Positions 10,930 to 24,200 of a DNA stretch of 64,000 nucleotides are shown in pieces. The stretch comes from Felis catus. Its lineage: Eukaryota. Under the pieces are notes generated by a model, which was not told the DNA's origin, made no database searches, and worked only from the letters and a program-made list of their open reading frames with translations. The position numbers and the translations under genes are program-made. Positions within the stretch are counted from its first letter, which is position 1, and the number at the start of each line of letters is the position of its first letter. The stretch spans positions 83,082,001 through 83,146,000 of the forward strand of contig NC_058368.1 of the NCBI RefSeq assembly GCF_018350175.1, written 5' to 3'.

Positions 10930-13900
10930 ATGACTCAAAACCCGTATCTTTCTATAATAACACTGAATGTAAATGGATTAAATGCGCCAACCAAAAGACA
11001 TAGGGTATCAGAATGGATAAAAAAAAAAAAAAAACAAGACCCATCTATTTGCTGTCTACAAGAGACTCATTTTAGACCTGAGGATACCTTTAGATTGAGA
11101 GTGAGGGGATGGAGAACTATTTATCATGCTACTGGAAGCTAAAAGAAAGCTGGAGTAGCCATACTTATATCAGACAAACTAGACTTTCAATTAAAGGCTG
11201 TAACAAGAGATGAAGAAGGGCATTATATAATAATTACAGGGTCTATCCACCAGGAAGAGCTAACAATTATAAATGTCTATGCGCCGAATACGGGAGCCCC
11301 CAAATATATAAAACAATTACTCATAAACATAAGCGACTTTATTGATAAGAATCTGGTAATTGCAGGGGACTTTAACAATCCACTTACAACATTGGATAGA
11401 TCATCTAGACACACGGTCAATAAAGAAACAAGGGCCCTGAGTGGTACATAGGATCAAATGGACTTGACAGATATATTTAGAACCCTGCATCCCAAAGCAA
11501 CAGAATATACTTTCTTCTTGAGTGCACATGGAACATTCTCCAAGATAGATCATATACTGGGTCACAAAACAGCCTTTCATAAGTATACAAGAATTGAAAT
11601 TATACCATGCATTCTTTCAGACCACAATGCTATGAAGCTTGTAATCAACCACAGGAAAAAGTCTGGAAAAACTCCAAAAGCATGGAGGTTAAAAAACACC
11701 CTACTAAAGAATGAGTGGGTCAACCAGGCAATTAGAGAAGAAATTAAAAAATATATGGAAACAAACAAAAATGAAAATACAACAATCCAAACGCTTTGGG
11801 ATGCAGCGAAGGCAGTCCTGAGAGTAAAATACATCACAATCCAGGCCTATCTCAAGAAACAAGGAAAATCCCAAATACAAAATCTAACAGCACACCTAAA
11901 GGAAATAGAAGCAGAACAGCAAAGGCAGCCTAAACCCAGCAGAAGAGAAATAATAAAAATCAGAGCAGAAATAAACAATATAGAATCTAAAAAAACGGTA
12001 GAGCAGATCAACGAAACCAAGAGTTGGTTTTTTGAAAAATAAACAAAATTGACAAACCTCTGGCCAGGCTTCTCAAAAAGAAAAGGGAGATGACCCAAAT
12101 AGATAAAATCATGAATGAAAATGGAATGATTACAACCAATCCCTCAGAGATACAAACAATTATCAGGGAATATTATGAAAAATTATTTGCCAACAAATTG
12201 GACATCCTGGAAGAAATGGACAAATTCCTGAACACCCACACTCTTCCAAAACTCAATCAGGAGGAAATAGAAAGCTTGAACAGACCCATAACAAGCGAAG
12301 ACATTGAATCGGTTATCAAAAATCTCCCAACAAATAAGAGTCCAGGACCAGATGGCTTCCCAGGGGAATTCTACTAGACATTTAAAGCAGAGATAATACT
12401 TATCCTTCTCAAGCTATTCCAAAAAATTGAATGGGAAGGAAAACTTTCAGACTCATTCTATGAAGCCAGTATTACTTTGATTCCTAAACAAGACAGAGAC
12501 CCAGTAATAAAAGAGAACTACAGGCCAATATCCCTGATGAATATGGATGCAAAAATTCTCAGTAAGATACTAGCAAATCGAATTCAACAGCATATAAAAA
12601 GAGTTATTCACCATGATCAAGTGGGATTCATTCCTGGGATGCAGGGCTGGTTCAACATTCGCAAATCAATCAATGTGATGCATCACATTAATAAAAGAAA
12701 AGAACCATATGATCCTGTCAATCGATGCAGAAAAGGCCTTTGACAAAATCCAGCACCCTTTCTTAATAAAAACCCTTGAGAAAGTCGGGATAGAAGGAAC
12801 ATACTTAAAGATCATAAAAGCCATTTATGAAAAGCCCACAGCTAACATCATCCTCAATGGGGAAAAACGGAGAGGTTTTTCCCTGAGATCAGGAACACGA
12901 CAGGGATGTTCACCCTCACCACTGTTGTTTAACATAGTGTTGGAAGTTCTAGCATCAGCAATCAGACAACAAAAGGAAATCAAAGTCATCAAAATTGGCA
13001 AAGATGTAGTCAAGCTTTTGTGTTTTGCCGATTACATATTATACATGGAAAATCCGATAGACTCCATCAAAAGTCTGCTAGAACGGATGCATGAATTCAG
13101 CAAAGTTGCAGGATACAAAATCAATGTACAGAAATCATTTGCATTCTTATACACTAACAATGAAGCAACAGAAAGACAAATAAAGAAACTGATTCCATTC
13201 ACATTTCCACCAAGAAGCATAAAATACCTAGGAATAAATCTAACCAAAGATGTAAAAGATCTGTATGCTGAAAACTATAGAAAGCTTATGAAAGTAATTG
13301 AAGAATATATAAAGAAATGGAAAGACATTCCCTGCTCATGGATTGGAAGAATAAATATTGTCAAAATGTCAATACTACCCAAAGCTATCTACACATTCAA
13401 TGCAATCCCAATCAAAACTGCACCAGCATTCTTCTCGAAACTAGAACAAACATACCTAAAATTCATATGGAACCACAAAAGGCCCCGAATAGCCAAAGTA
13501 ATTTTGAAGAAGAAGACCAAAGCAGGAGGCATCACAATCCCAGGCTTTAGCCTCTACTACAAAGCTGTCATCATCAAGACAGCATGGTATTGGCACAAAA
13601 GCAGACACACAGACCAATGGAATAGAATGGAAACCCCAGAACTAGACCCACAAACGTATGGCCAACTCATCTTTGACAAAGCAGGAAAGAACATCCAATG
13701 GAAAAAAGACAGTCTTTTTAACAAATGGTGCTGGGAGAACTGGACAGCAACTTGCAGGAGGTTGAAACTAGACCACTTTCTCACACCATTCGCAATAATA
13801 AACTCAAAATGGATAAGGGACCTGAACGTGAGACAGGAAACCATCAAAACCCTAGAGGAGAAAGCAGGAAAAGACCTCTCTGACCTCAGCCATAGCAATC

Positions 13901-14752
13901 TCTTACTCGACACATCCCCAAAGGCAAGGGAATTAAAAGCAAAAATGAATTACTGGGACCTTATGAAGATAAAAAGCTTCTGCACAGCAAAGGAAACAAC
14001 CAACAAAACTAAAAGGCAATCAACAGAATGGGAAAAGATATTTGCAAATGACATATCAGACAAAAGGCTAGTATCCAAAATCTATAAAGAGCTCACCAAA
14101 CTCCACACCCAAAAAACAAATAACCCAGTGAAGAAATGGGCAGAAAACATGAATAGACACTTCTCTAAAGAAGACATCCCGATGGCCAACAGGCACATAA
14201 AAAGATGCTCAACGTCGCTCCTTATCAGGGAAATACAAATCAAAACCACACTTAGATATCACCTCACGCCAGTCAGAGTGGCCAAAATGAACAAATTAGG
14301 AGACTATAGATGCTGGCGAGGATGTGGCAAAACGGCAACCCTCTTGCACTTTTGGTGGGAATGCAAATTGGTTCAGCCGCTCTGGAAAGCAGTGTGGAGG
14401 TTCCTCAGAAAATTAAAAATAGACCTACCCGATGACCCAGCAGTAGCACTGCTAGGAATTTACCCAAGGGATACAGGAGTACTGATGCATAGGGGCACTT
14501 GTACCCCAATGTTTATAGCAGCACTCTCAAACAATAGCCAAATTATGGAAAGAGCCTAAATGTCCATCAACTGATGAATGGATAAAGAAATTGTGGTGTA
14601 TATACACAATGGAGTACTACGTGGCAATGAGAAAGAATGAAATATGGTCCTTTGTAGCAACGTGGATGGAACTGGAGAGTGTGATGCTAAGTGAAATAAG
14701 CCATACAGAGAAAGACAGATACCATATGGTTTCACTCTTATGTGGATCCTGA
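10930..14752 (+). pseudogene. L1 ORF2 (endonuclease/reverse transcriptase), disrupted
   Basis: TLNVNGLN, CCLQETH, SDHNA, YRPISL, GTRQGC and YLGINL motifs; 616-aa residual ORF 12709-14559. The catalytic FADD reads FADY; several stops (e.g. 12375-12377). Confidence 0.95.
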
Positions 14753-15154
14753 GAAACTTAACAGAAACCCATGGAGGAGGGGAAGGAAAAAAAAAAGAGG
14801 TTGGAGTGGGAGAGAGCCAAAGCATAAGAGACTCTTAAAGACCGAGAACAAACTGAGGGTTGATGGGGGGTGGGAGGGAGAGGAGGGTGGGTGATGGGTA
14901 TTGAGGAGGGCACCTTTTGGGATGAGCACTGGGTGTTGTATGGAAACCAATTTGACAATAAATTTCATATATTGAAAAAAAATAAAAAATAAATTAAAGA
15001 ATTGAAATAATAAACAAACGAACAAACAAACAAATTGTGTGGTTGACCAGGAAAATGACAATCCAAAAACGTGTATGTGTCAATTTTTAGAGCTGAATGC
15101 AAAGAAGAGGGACACTAAGGAGATTCTGTCAAAGCATTAAAACAATTCAGCAGT

Positions 15155-16066
15155 TTATTCTCCAGACTTGCCCTTCCCCATATCTTCATGAATACTCTGG
15201 CCATTTGTTGTGGAGTCTATAGATAAGGGGATTTGGCATGGGCATAAGGATGGTGTAGAAAACAGATCATTTTTTCTTGGATGGGAGAACGATCTGAAGT
15301 GGGCAGCATGTATATGAACAATACTGTTCCATAGTACATTCCCACCACCCTGAGGTGAGAGGAACAGGTGGCAAAAGCTTTTCAGCGACCATCTCCAGAA
15401 CCCATGCAAATGACAGCCAGCATGACACAAGCATAGGAAGCAATGATGGTTGTTACAGGGATAACAATCCTTACAATACAGCGGTAGAAAAGAACTTCTT
15501 CAAATGTTGAGATATCATTGCATGAGACGATTAGCATGGAAGGAAAATCACAGAAGAAGTTGGCTATTTCCCTGAACCCACAATAGGAGAAAGAAAATGA
15601 TACCATCAGTAGAGCCCAGGATCAAAGAAGATGCGGCCATAAGTCCACAAATTTTAGGGCTCATAGATTGAAATATCTTAGAAGATGGCAAATGGCAACA
15701 TAATGGTCCTAAGACATGATTGCCAACAGGAAACATTCACAACCTATTAGTGATGCATAGAAGAAAATTTGTGTGGCACACACTGCCACAGTAATGGACT
15801 TGCTTCCAGACAAGTAATTGAGGGCCATCTTGGGTACAGTAGTGCAGATGAGTATGAGATCCATGAGGGACAGTTGGCTGAGGAGGAAGTACATGGGGGT
15901 GTGGAACTGGGTGTCCAGGTAGATAAGGAGAACCATGACAGTGTTTCCCGTGAAGGCCACCATGAAGATACAGAAGACCAAAGAAAAGAGGAAGATGTGC
16001 ATAGGGCTTTGATCAACGATTCCCAAAAGGATGAAATCAGAGGTAAATCTAATTGTCCCATGCCAT
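15155..16066 (-). pseudogene. OR2M: Olfactory receptor pseudogene, OR2M subfamily-like (copy B)
   Basis: ATG at 16066 (MAWDN, then a stop). Fragments [42 protein letters not shown] and C-terminal GKGKSGE* match the OR2M type. Many frameshifts and stops. Confidence 0.93.
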
Positions 16067-16591
16067 GATGAATGTGTTCTTTATCTATTACAACAAAAAT
16101 TGATGCTAATTAATTAATTTGGCAAACATGTACCCAGTGCCTTACAAAAGCTTGTGATTGTGGTAATTCTACAGGTGAATGATTAAGATGACATCACCAG
16201 GATAAGGAATTTCAAAGATCAAAATGTATAATATCAGAAAAAATATTTTCTGTTAGTACCGTCTAGTTTATAAAAGTGTGAAACATTTAAGTTCATCTTC
16301 TAACTATCCTTTGTCTTCCTTGGAAAATTAAGATAATAATATACATTTTATATAATTGATAATGTTTCTTAGAAAAAGAAACTTCTCCTAAAAAAATCTG
16401 ACAGTGTGTGGTAATATTAGAAGTCCTTTACAGATATGTTGATAGAGAAATTAAGCTTAAGTCAGCATGTGGAAGAAAAATATATTAGAGATAAAGAATA
16501 CAATATGTACCTTTGCCCTCAAGATGCTAGAAATTTTTTTTTGTATCAGTGTTAACAAAACCTTTACATTTGTCAATTTCTTTACAGTTTA

Positions 16592-16805
16592 ATGTTTATT
16601 TATTTATTTATTTAGAGAGAGAGAGAGAGAGAGAGATAGCACAATCATAGAAGGAGCAGAGAGAGAGGGAGACACAGAATCTGAAGCAGGCTCCAGGCTC
16701 CAAGCTTTCAGCCAGAGCCCCATACGGGACTCGAACTCATGAGCTGTGAGATCATGACCTTAGCTGAAGTCAGACACTCCACTGACTGAGCCACCCAGGC
16801 GCCCC
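16592..16805 (-). mobile_element. Can-SINE inserted after the duplication
   Basis: TSD aatttctttacagttta at 16575-16591 and 16806-16822; empty site in the paralog at ~3531-3550. Confidence 0.95.
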
Positions 16806-16933
16806 AATTTCTTTACAGTTTAGAGTGTTTCATTTGTACTTACAGAAAATATTCTATACACCAAGTGGATGAGATGAGAAAATATTTTAATTATACAAAC
16901 ATAAAACTGTTGTACAATTTTTCTTTAGCTCAA

Positions 16934-17368
16934 TGTGATATCCCTCCAAAGGGATATGTTGAGTCCTCAACCCCAGCATCTCCAAAAGTAAACTACTTTC
17001 AAAATAATAAAGATGAGATGAGATGAGATCATACTGAATGTTTTGTGCAAATACCACTCCAATAGGACTAGTATCTTTATAAGAAGATAGCCATGTGAAG
17101 ACAGAGACACAAGTGGAATGCATGATAATAGAGGTAGAGATTGAAGTGATACATCTACATACCAAGGAATTTCAATTATTGTTGGTCCTCACCAGAAGCT
17201 AGGAGAGAGTTTTGACTTCTTTCTTACAAGCCCCAGAAGTAACCACCCCTGCCAATATCTTCAATTTTTACTTGTAGTAATCTCCATTACTGTAAGATAA
17301 TATATTCGTGTCATTTTAAGACAACCATCATGTGGTACCTTGTTATGCTTTTCTAGGAAACCAATATA
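16934..17368 (+). mobile_element. MaLR solo LTR (MLT1-like)
   Basis: aaccccagcatctc...accagaagctaggagagag...accacccctgccaatatcttcaattt...tgtggtaccttgttatg...ctaggaaaccaatata. Confidence 0.7.
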
Positions 17369-20300
17369 TCCAAAATGTCCTCTAAATAATTACTACATAC
17401 AAAAACAGAAATTCACAGAAACTCAATGTCCAAACATTCAAACAATGTTTCTGAAGTTCTGTCTATGTTTTGGGCACAGGGAGTAAAGCAGCAATCACAA
17501 CAGGCACAAAAACAAAACAAAACCAAACAAAAAACAACAACAAAGAAACTTACCCTTACCAATAGAGACAAAAACAAACAACAACAAAAACAAAAAAGAC
17601 ACCACTATGAAGGTGTGGAAACATAATTGAAATGGAGTGTTCCATTTTAAAGAGAGTACTCAGGGGGACCTCACTTATCTGGTGGTATTTGACTAAATGC
17701 TAGGGGGAAGTTAAAAAAAAGACAGCACATAATAATAAAGAACAATCCATGCATAAATTCCACAAAGTGGAACATAAGTGAAAAATTTACATATATACAA
17801 GATTTTAGAAAAACAGATATTGCTAAGTTAATGTTTCATGTTCACCGTAGCATTTAAAATTTATTTTTGATGTGATTATGTATGATAAAAGTTTGTATAT
17901 GAAGCAGATCATTCCAGGTAATAAAAACAATGTCATAAACAAAAAGACTAGCCTGATGAATATAACAATTAACATGAATATACTTTTATAATCCATGCAT
18001 CACATTTTTTGAAGAGGTAAAAAACCCAAACCAAACCAAACCAAAACAACAACAGCAAAAAGTTAAGTAACAAGGAAAAAATGTAGCTGAGAAGAAGCTA
18101 GAACCTTGAATCCAGCCTCATGAGTTTGAATTTATTTTTCATTTTTTAAAAGAGGGTATGTAGTTCTTTAAGTTGTAATCATGTATACAAATTGTGAATG
18201 ATGCTGTGAGTAAGAAAGAGAAAAACCTAAAAATATTTTAAAATTTCAATTCATGAATGATCACGACCTACAAATACTAATCTACCAGAATGACTTCTCT
18301 GTATTTTGATCTCATTAAGTCTCAAAGAAGAGTGACTTGATTCCGTGACAGTGAATTTCTGTGTATGTGTCCATAACAAGTTCAACCCATAAATCATGGA
18401 AACCATTCCCAGATACTGAGAAAAGAATCACTGAACGAATTAATTGATATATACACTGACTGGCCAGGATTTGACCAGAAAAATTAAGCAAAACAGTATG
18501 CGAAATGATGCCAGGCTACATATTGATGTAATCAATTCTGGATGCTAAACTAATTATACTCGTTTGTAGAGGAATGGTCAGAAAAAAAATAGATGAGAAC
18601 AGGAAAAAACTTTCATGAGCAAAAATTTCCATAGTAACCCTTTTTCCAATAGCAAAATACAGCCTTAAAGTACATTAATTCCTGTTTTAAGAGCATAGCT
18701 ACACTCTCTGATAGCTATACTATAATTAATGAGCCTCAATAATGAAATGTTGAATTAACAGATCACAGTTAACTCACAAATTCTATGATATGAAATTTAA
18801 ATACAGATGATACATTATTTAAGAAATAGAGCATTATCGAAATAATGGTTATTATTATAACCAAACCAGGAGGTTATATAATTAGAGAGTGTCAGACTGA
18901 TTTCCAAAAAAACATTGGTAATGTTATTGTAAAACCTTTACAAAAGTGCTTTATGCATAATAAATTTGTTGTTAAATTTGAAGTTATATGAATCTATTTA
19001 AAAATACATATAAAGTCTTAGAAGAAAACATAACAAGTGTACAGGTTCTGTGAGTGTGAGCTGTGCTTACTAAAAGAAAAAACAATGAGGTCTCAAATTG
19101 CATTTCAAATGATGCACTCATATTCTTATTCTCATTCTATTCTCATATTCTTATTCTCAGCATTATATGAAAATAAAACATGGAATTTTACCCAATTTTT
19201 TCCATGTGTGAGCTGAGGCAAGTACTTAACACCTGCCACAATTCTCATATTCTTACAAGCAGAGTACTATCACATTCCTCAAAAAAAAAAATGCACAGAT
19301 TAAATGAAAGAATCACATAAAGTGCTTAGGACTAAAATCACTTAAGAAATGAAACCAATTATCTCCAGATCTCCATTTTCAGCAGAACGTTTGGCATTAA
19401 CTTGCAAACACTCTTACCTGATTATTTATACTGTCTCTTAGTAGGAGTCTAAATAGCATATAATTTCAATGAGATATTACACTACAGAAAAAGAAAATTA
19501 CATATTTTGCATGTTTTTATCTACATAATAAAAAAGAAACACTTCACACACAACTGGAAACTTTATCATTATTAATAAATGGAAAACATACTAAAGAACT
19601 AGAGAAAATAAACACATCTAGGGATACTCATAGTAACCCCTAGTAATCATGAGAGTTACTCATAGAAATCATGAAAGGGTCCAAAGTCTTCATAACAGCA
19701 CTCATTTAAATATCATTCTCAGTTTATTATATTATTTAACATCCCAGAGAATCAGCATGACTCTAATTGCATGTGTATGGTACATCCTTGATCATGAATA
19801 CACATATACCTGTCAAAATATAACTTTTCTTTTAAAATGTTTTAAACAGAAAATTATGAATATATTTTCACTTTATTCTAGAAGCACTCATAGAATGTAG
19901 CATCATACCTGCTCTGAATTATTTTATTGAAATCTCACTCTCTTTAACTTCCCTGGAAGACACAAGTCATCAGTCTAAAGTAAAAGAATTTTTATTCCTA
20001 GATAAACCCTACCCAGCCTGACCATGGGAAGAAGATGGAAAATTAATGTGTTACCCCTCTGGAGATTCCATTCCCTTTTCTTTAATTATAATAGATTTCA
20101 TTGTTTTTCATCTCCTCTCCTAGGACAATGAAAAAAATTAGCTTTTATGCTTTTTGAAAATAGTTACCCTGGGTAGATAATTATGTCTCCTTCTTAAAGT
20201 ATTAGTGTGAACTCACTGAAATTTTCTGCTCCACCTCACATCCATAATAATAACAGGAAAACCATATTGAGTGCTTCCTATATGGTTGGCACTGAGCAGG

Positions 20301-21118
20301 ATGTATGTGAACTCACAGAGATTTACAAACATTGCATGTATCAGGTACTGTTATTATTATTTTTTTCTTTTCTTCCATAATAAAACTGCTTAAGGAAATT
20401 GTCCAAGGTAATGGCAAACTGTTCAAGCTAATGAACAAAAGACAGGATATTCCAATGCTAGCATCAGTTCGATTTTTATGTTTTATTAAAGTATAATTAA
20501 CCATTATAAATTACACATATTTAAGATATTCAGCTTGATATTTTGATGTATGTATACACTGTGAAATGACTTCCACAATAAGTTAATTGACATAATTATC
20601 ACTTCCAATACCATTATTATTGTGTAGTGAGAACATTTGAGATCTGCACACATAGTAAATTTTAAGTATATAATACAGTTGTGAAAACTAACTACAGTCA
20701 ACATGCTATACATAGGACATCCAGAACTTATACAATGGAATGTTGTTCATTCAGCTTTTTAATTTTTAAAAAATTTTTTTTTAATTTACATCCAAATCAG
20801 TTACCATATAGTGCAACAATGATTTCAGGAGTAGATTCCTTAATGCAACTTACCCATTTGGGCCATCCCCCATTCCCACAACCCTCCAGTAACCTTCTGT
20901 TTATTCTCTCTTATGTTTTCTCCCACTCCCTGTTTTTATATTATTTTGTTTCCCTTCCCTTATGTTCATCTGTTTTGTATCTTAAAGTCCTTATATGAGT
21001 GAAGTCATATATTTGTCTTTCTCTGACTGACTAATTTCACTTAGCATAACCTTCCACTTCCATCCATGTAGTTGCAAATGGCAAGATTTCATTCTTTTTG
21101 ATTGCCGAGTAATACTCC

Positions 21119-21120
<2 letters not shown>

Positions 21121-21155
<35 letters not shown>

Positions 21156-21203
21156 ATATATATACGTATATATATATATATATATACGTATATATATATA
21201 TAT
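21121..21203. repeat. Compound (TG)n-(TA)n microsatellite
   Basis: Read directly; the TA tract is interrupted by CG. Confidence 0.97.
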
Positions 21204-21247
21204 AATGGATAAGGAATTGGTGGTATACCACCAATTCCTTATCCATT
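21204..21247. repeat. Perfect 44-bp palindrome
   Basis: aatggataaggaattggtggta|taccaccaattccttatccatt. Confidence 0.95.
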
Positions 21248-24200
21248 CATCCATCGATGGACATTTGGGCTGTTTCCATACTTTGGCTATTGCTGATAGT
21301 GCTGCTATAAACATTGCATATGTCCCTTCAAATCAGCACACCTGTATATTTTGGATAAATACCTAGTAGTCCAATTGCTGGGTAGTAGGGTAGTTATATT
21401 TTTAATTTTTTGAGGAAACTCCATACTGTTTTCCAGGGTGGCTGCACCAGCTTGCATTCCCACCAACAATGCAAAAGAGATACCCTTTCTCTGCATCGTC
21501 ACAAACATCTGTTGTTGCCTGAGTTGTTAATGTTAGCCATTCTGACAGGTGTAAGGTGGTATCTCATTGTGGTTTTGATTTGCATTTCCCTGATTATGAG
21601 TGATTTTGAGCCTTTTTCATGTGTTGGTTGGCCATCTGGATGTCTTTGGAGAAGTGTCTTTTGATGTCTTCTGCCCATTTCTTCACTGGATTATTTGTTT
21701 TTATGGGTGTTGAGTTTGACAAATTCTTCATAGATTTTGGATACTAACCCTTTATCTGATATGTTGTTTGCAAATATCTTCTCCCATTCAGTCGGTTGCC
21801 TTTTAGCTTTCCTGATTGTTTCCTTTGCTGTGCAAAAGCTTTTTATTTTGATGAGGTCCTAGTAGTTCATTTTTGCTTTTGTTTCCCTTGCCTCCAGAGA
21901 CGTGTTGAGTAAAAAGTTGCTGCAGCCAAGACCAAAGAGGATTTTTCCTGCTTTCTTCTCAAGGATTTAGATGGTTTCCTGTCTTACATTTAGGTCTTTC
22001 ATCCATTTTGAGTTTATTTTTGTGTATGGTGTAAGAAAGTGGTCGAAGTTCATTTTTCTGCATGTCTCTGTCCAGTTTTCCCAGCACCACTTGCTGAAGA
22101 GACTGTTTATTCCAATGGATATTCTTTCCTGATTTGTCAAAGATCAGTTGGCCATACATTTGAGGGTCTGTTTCTGGGTCCTCTATTCTGTTCCATTGAT
22201 CTTACTGTCTGTTCTTGGGTTAGTACCATACTGTCTTGGTGATTATAGCTTTGTAGTATAACTTGAAGTCCAGGATTGTCATGCCTCCTCCTTTGGTTTT
22301 CTCTTTCAAGATTGCTTTGGCTATTCGGGTCTTTTCTGGTTCCATACAAATTTTAGGATTATTTGTTCTAGCTCTGTGAAGAATGCTTGTGTTATTTTGA
22401 TAGGGATTGCATTGAATATGTAGATTGCTTTGGGTATAATCGACATTTTAACAATATTTGTTCTTCCTACCAAGAAGCATGGAATATTTTTCCATTTTTT
22501 TGTGTGTCTTCCTCAATTTCTTTCACGAGCTTTCTATACTTTTCAGTGTATAGATTTTTCACCTCTTTGGTTAGATTTATTCCTCGGTATTTTACAGTTT
22601 TTGGTGTAATTGTAAATGGGATCAATTCCTTGATTTCTCTTTCTGTTGCCTCATTGTTGTTGAATAAGAATGCAACCAATTTCTGGCATTGATTTAATAT
22701 CCTGCAACTTTGCTGAATTCATGAATCAGTTCTAGCAGGTTTTTGGTGGCATCTTTTGGGTTTTCCATATATAGAATCATGTCATCTGCAAAGAGTGAAA
22801 CTTACACGCCCTCCTGGGCAATTTGGATGCCTTTATTTCTTTGTGTTGTCTGACTGCAGAGGCTAAGACTTCCAATACTATGTTGAATAACACTGGCGAG
22901 AGTGTGTATCTTTGTCTTGTTCCTGACCTTAGGGGGGAAGCTCTCAGTTCTTCCCCATTGAGGATTATATTAGCGTTGGGTCATTCATATATGGCTTTTA
23001 TGATCTCGAGGTATGATCCTTCTTTCTCTACTTTCTTGAAAGTTTTTATCAAGAAAGGATGCTGTATTTTGTCAAATGCTTTCTCTGCACCTATTGAGAG
23101 GATCATATGGTTCTTGTCCTTTCTTTTATTGATGTGACAGATCATGTTAATTTTTTTGTGGATATTGAACCATTCCTGCATCCCAGGCATAAATCCTACT
23201 TGGTCATGGTGAATAATTAATGTATTGTTGGATCCAGTTGGCTAATATCTTGTTGAGGATTTTTGCATCCATGTTCATCAGGGAAATGGGTCTATACTTA
23301 TTTTTAGTGTGGTCTCTGGTGTTGGAATCAAGGTAATGCTGGCCTCATAGAAAGTGTTTGGAAGTTTTCCTTCCATTTCTATTTTTTGGAACAGCTTCAA
23401 GAGAATAGGTGTTAACTCTTCCATAAATGTTTGGTAGAATTGCCCTAGAAAGCCTTCTGGCCCTGGACTTGTTCTTTGGGAGGTATTTGATTAGTAATTT
23501 GATATATTTACTGGTATGTGTCTGTTTAAATTTTCTATTTCTTCCTTTTCCAGTTTTGGTAGTATATATGTCTCTACGAATTTGTCCATTTCTTCCAGAT
23601 TGCCCATTTTATTGGCATATAATTGCTCATAATATTCTCTTATTATGGTTTTTATTTCTGCTGTATTGGTTGTGGTCTCCCCTCTTTCCTTTTTGATTTC
23701 ATTTATTTGAGTTCTTTCCTTTTTGTTTTTGATCAAAGTGGCTAGTGGTTTATCAATTTTGTTAATTCTTTCAAAGATCCAGCTTCTCATTTTGTTGATC
23801 TGTTCTACTGTTTTGTTTTGTTTGTTTCAATAGCATTAATTTCTGCTCTAATCATTATCATTTCCTGTCTTCTGTTGGTTTTGAGTTTTATTTGATTTTC
23901 TTTTTCCAGCTCTTTAAAGCACAAGATTAGGTTGTGTATCTGAGGTCTTTCTTCTTTCTTTAAGAAGGCATGGATTGCTGTGTACTTTCCTCTTATGAAA
24001 ACCTTTGCTGTGTCCCAGAGGCTTTGGGTTGTGGTGTTATCATTTTAATTGGCTTCCATATACTTTTTAATTTACTCTTTAACTTCTTGGTTGGCCCATT
24101 CACTCTTTAGTAGGATGTTCTTCAGTCTCCAATATTTGTTACCTTTCCAGATTTTTTTTTTCTTGTGGTTGATTTTGAGTTTCATAGCATTGTGGTCTGA

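Larger units (their letters stand above)
7757..14989 (+). mobile_element. Composite LINE-1: partial 5'UTR + ORF1 N-half (7757-9060) fused to a full-length degenerate L1 (9061-14989)
   Basis: TSD taaattaaagaattga at 7741-7756 and 14990-15005. Segment 7757-9060 aligns to ~9156-10464. YY1-like GAAGATGGCG at 9071, G-rich 3'UTR, A-rich tail. Confidence 0.95.
15155..20745. repeat. Tandem duplicon copy B (OR2M plus upstream region)
   Basis: Colinear with 2081-5490, plus an extra SINE (16592-16805) and an extra ~2 kb (17150-19158). Confidence 0.88.

Noticed and set aside
12709..14559. 616-aa ORF as a functional reverse transcriptase or domesticated gene
   Set aside because: It is a residual L1 ORF2 piece lacking the endonuclease and the RT N-terminus, and the catalytic FADD is altered to FADY.
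14857..14900. G-quadruplex-like G-rich tract (also ~32300-32340 and ~43818-43860)
   Set aside because: Standard, well-known L1 3'UTR feature.
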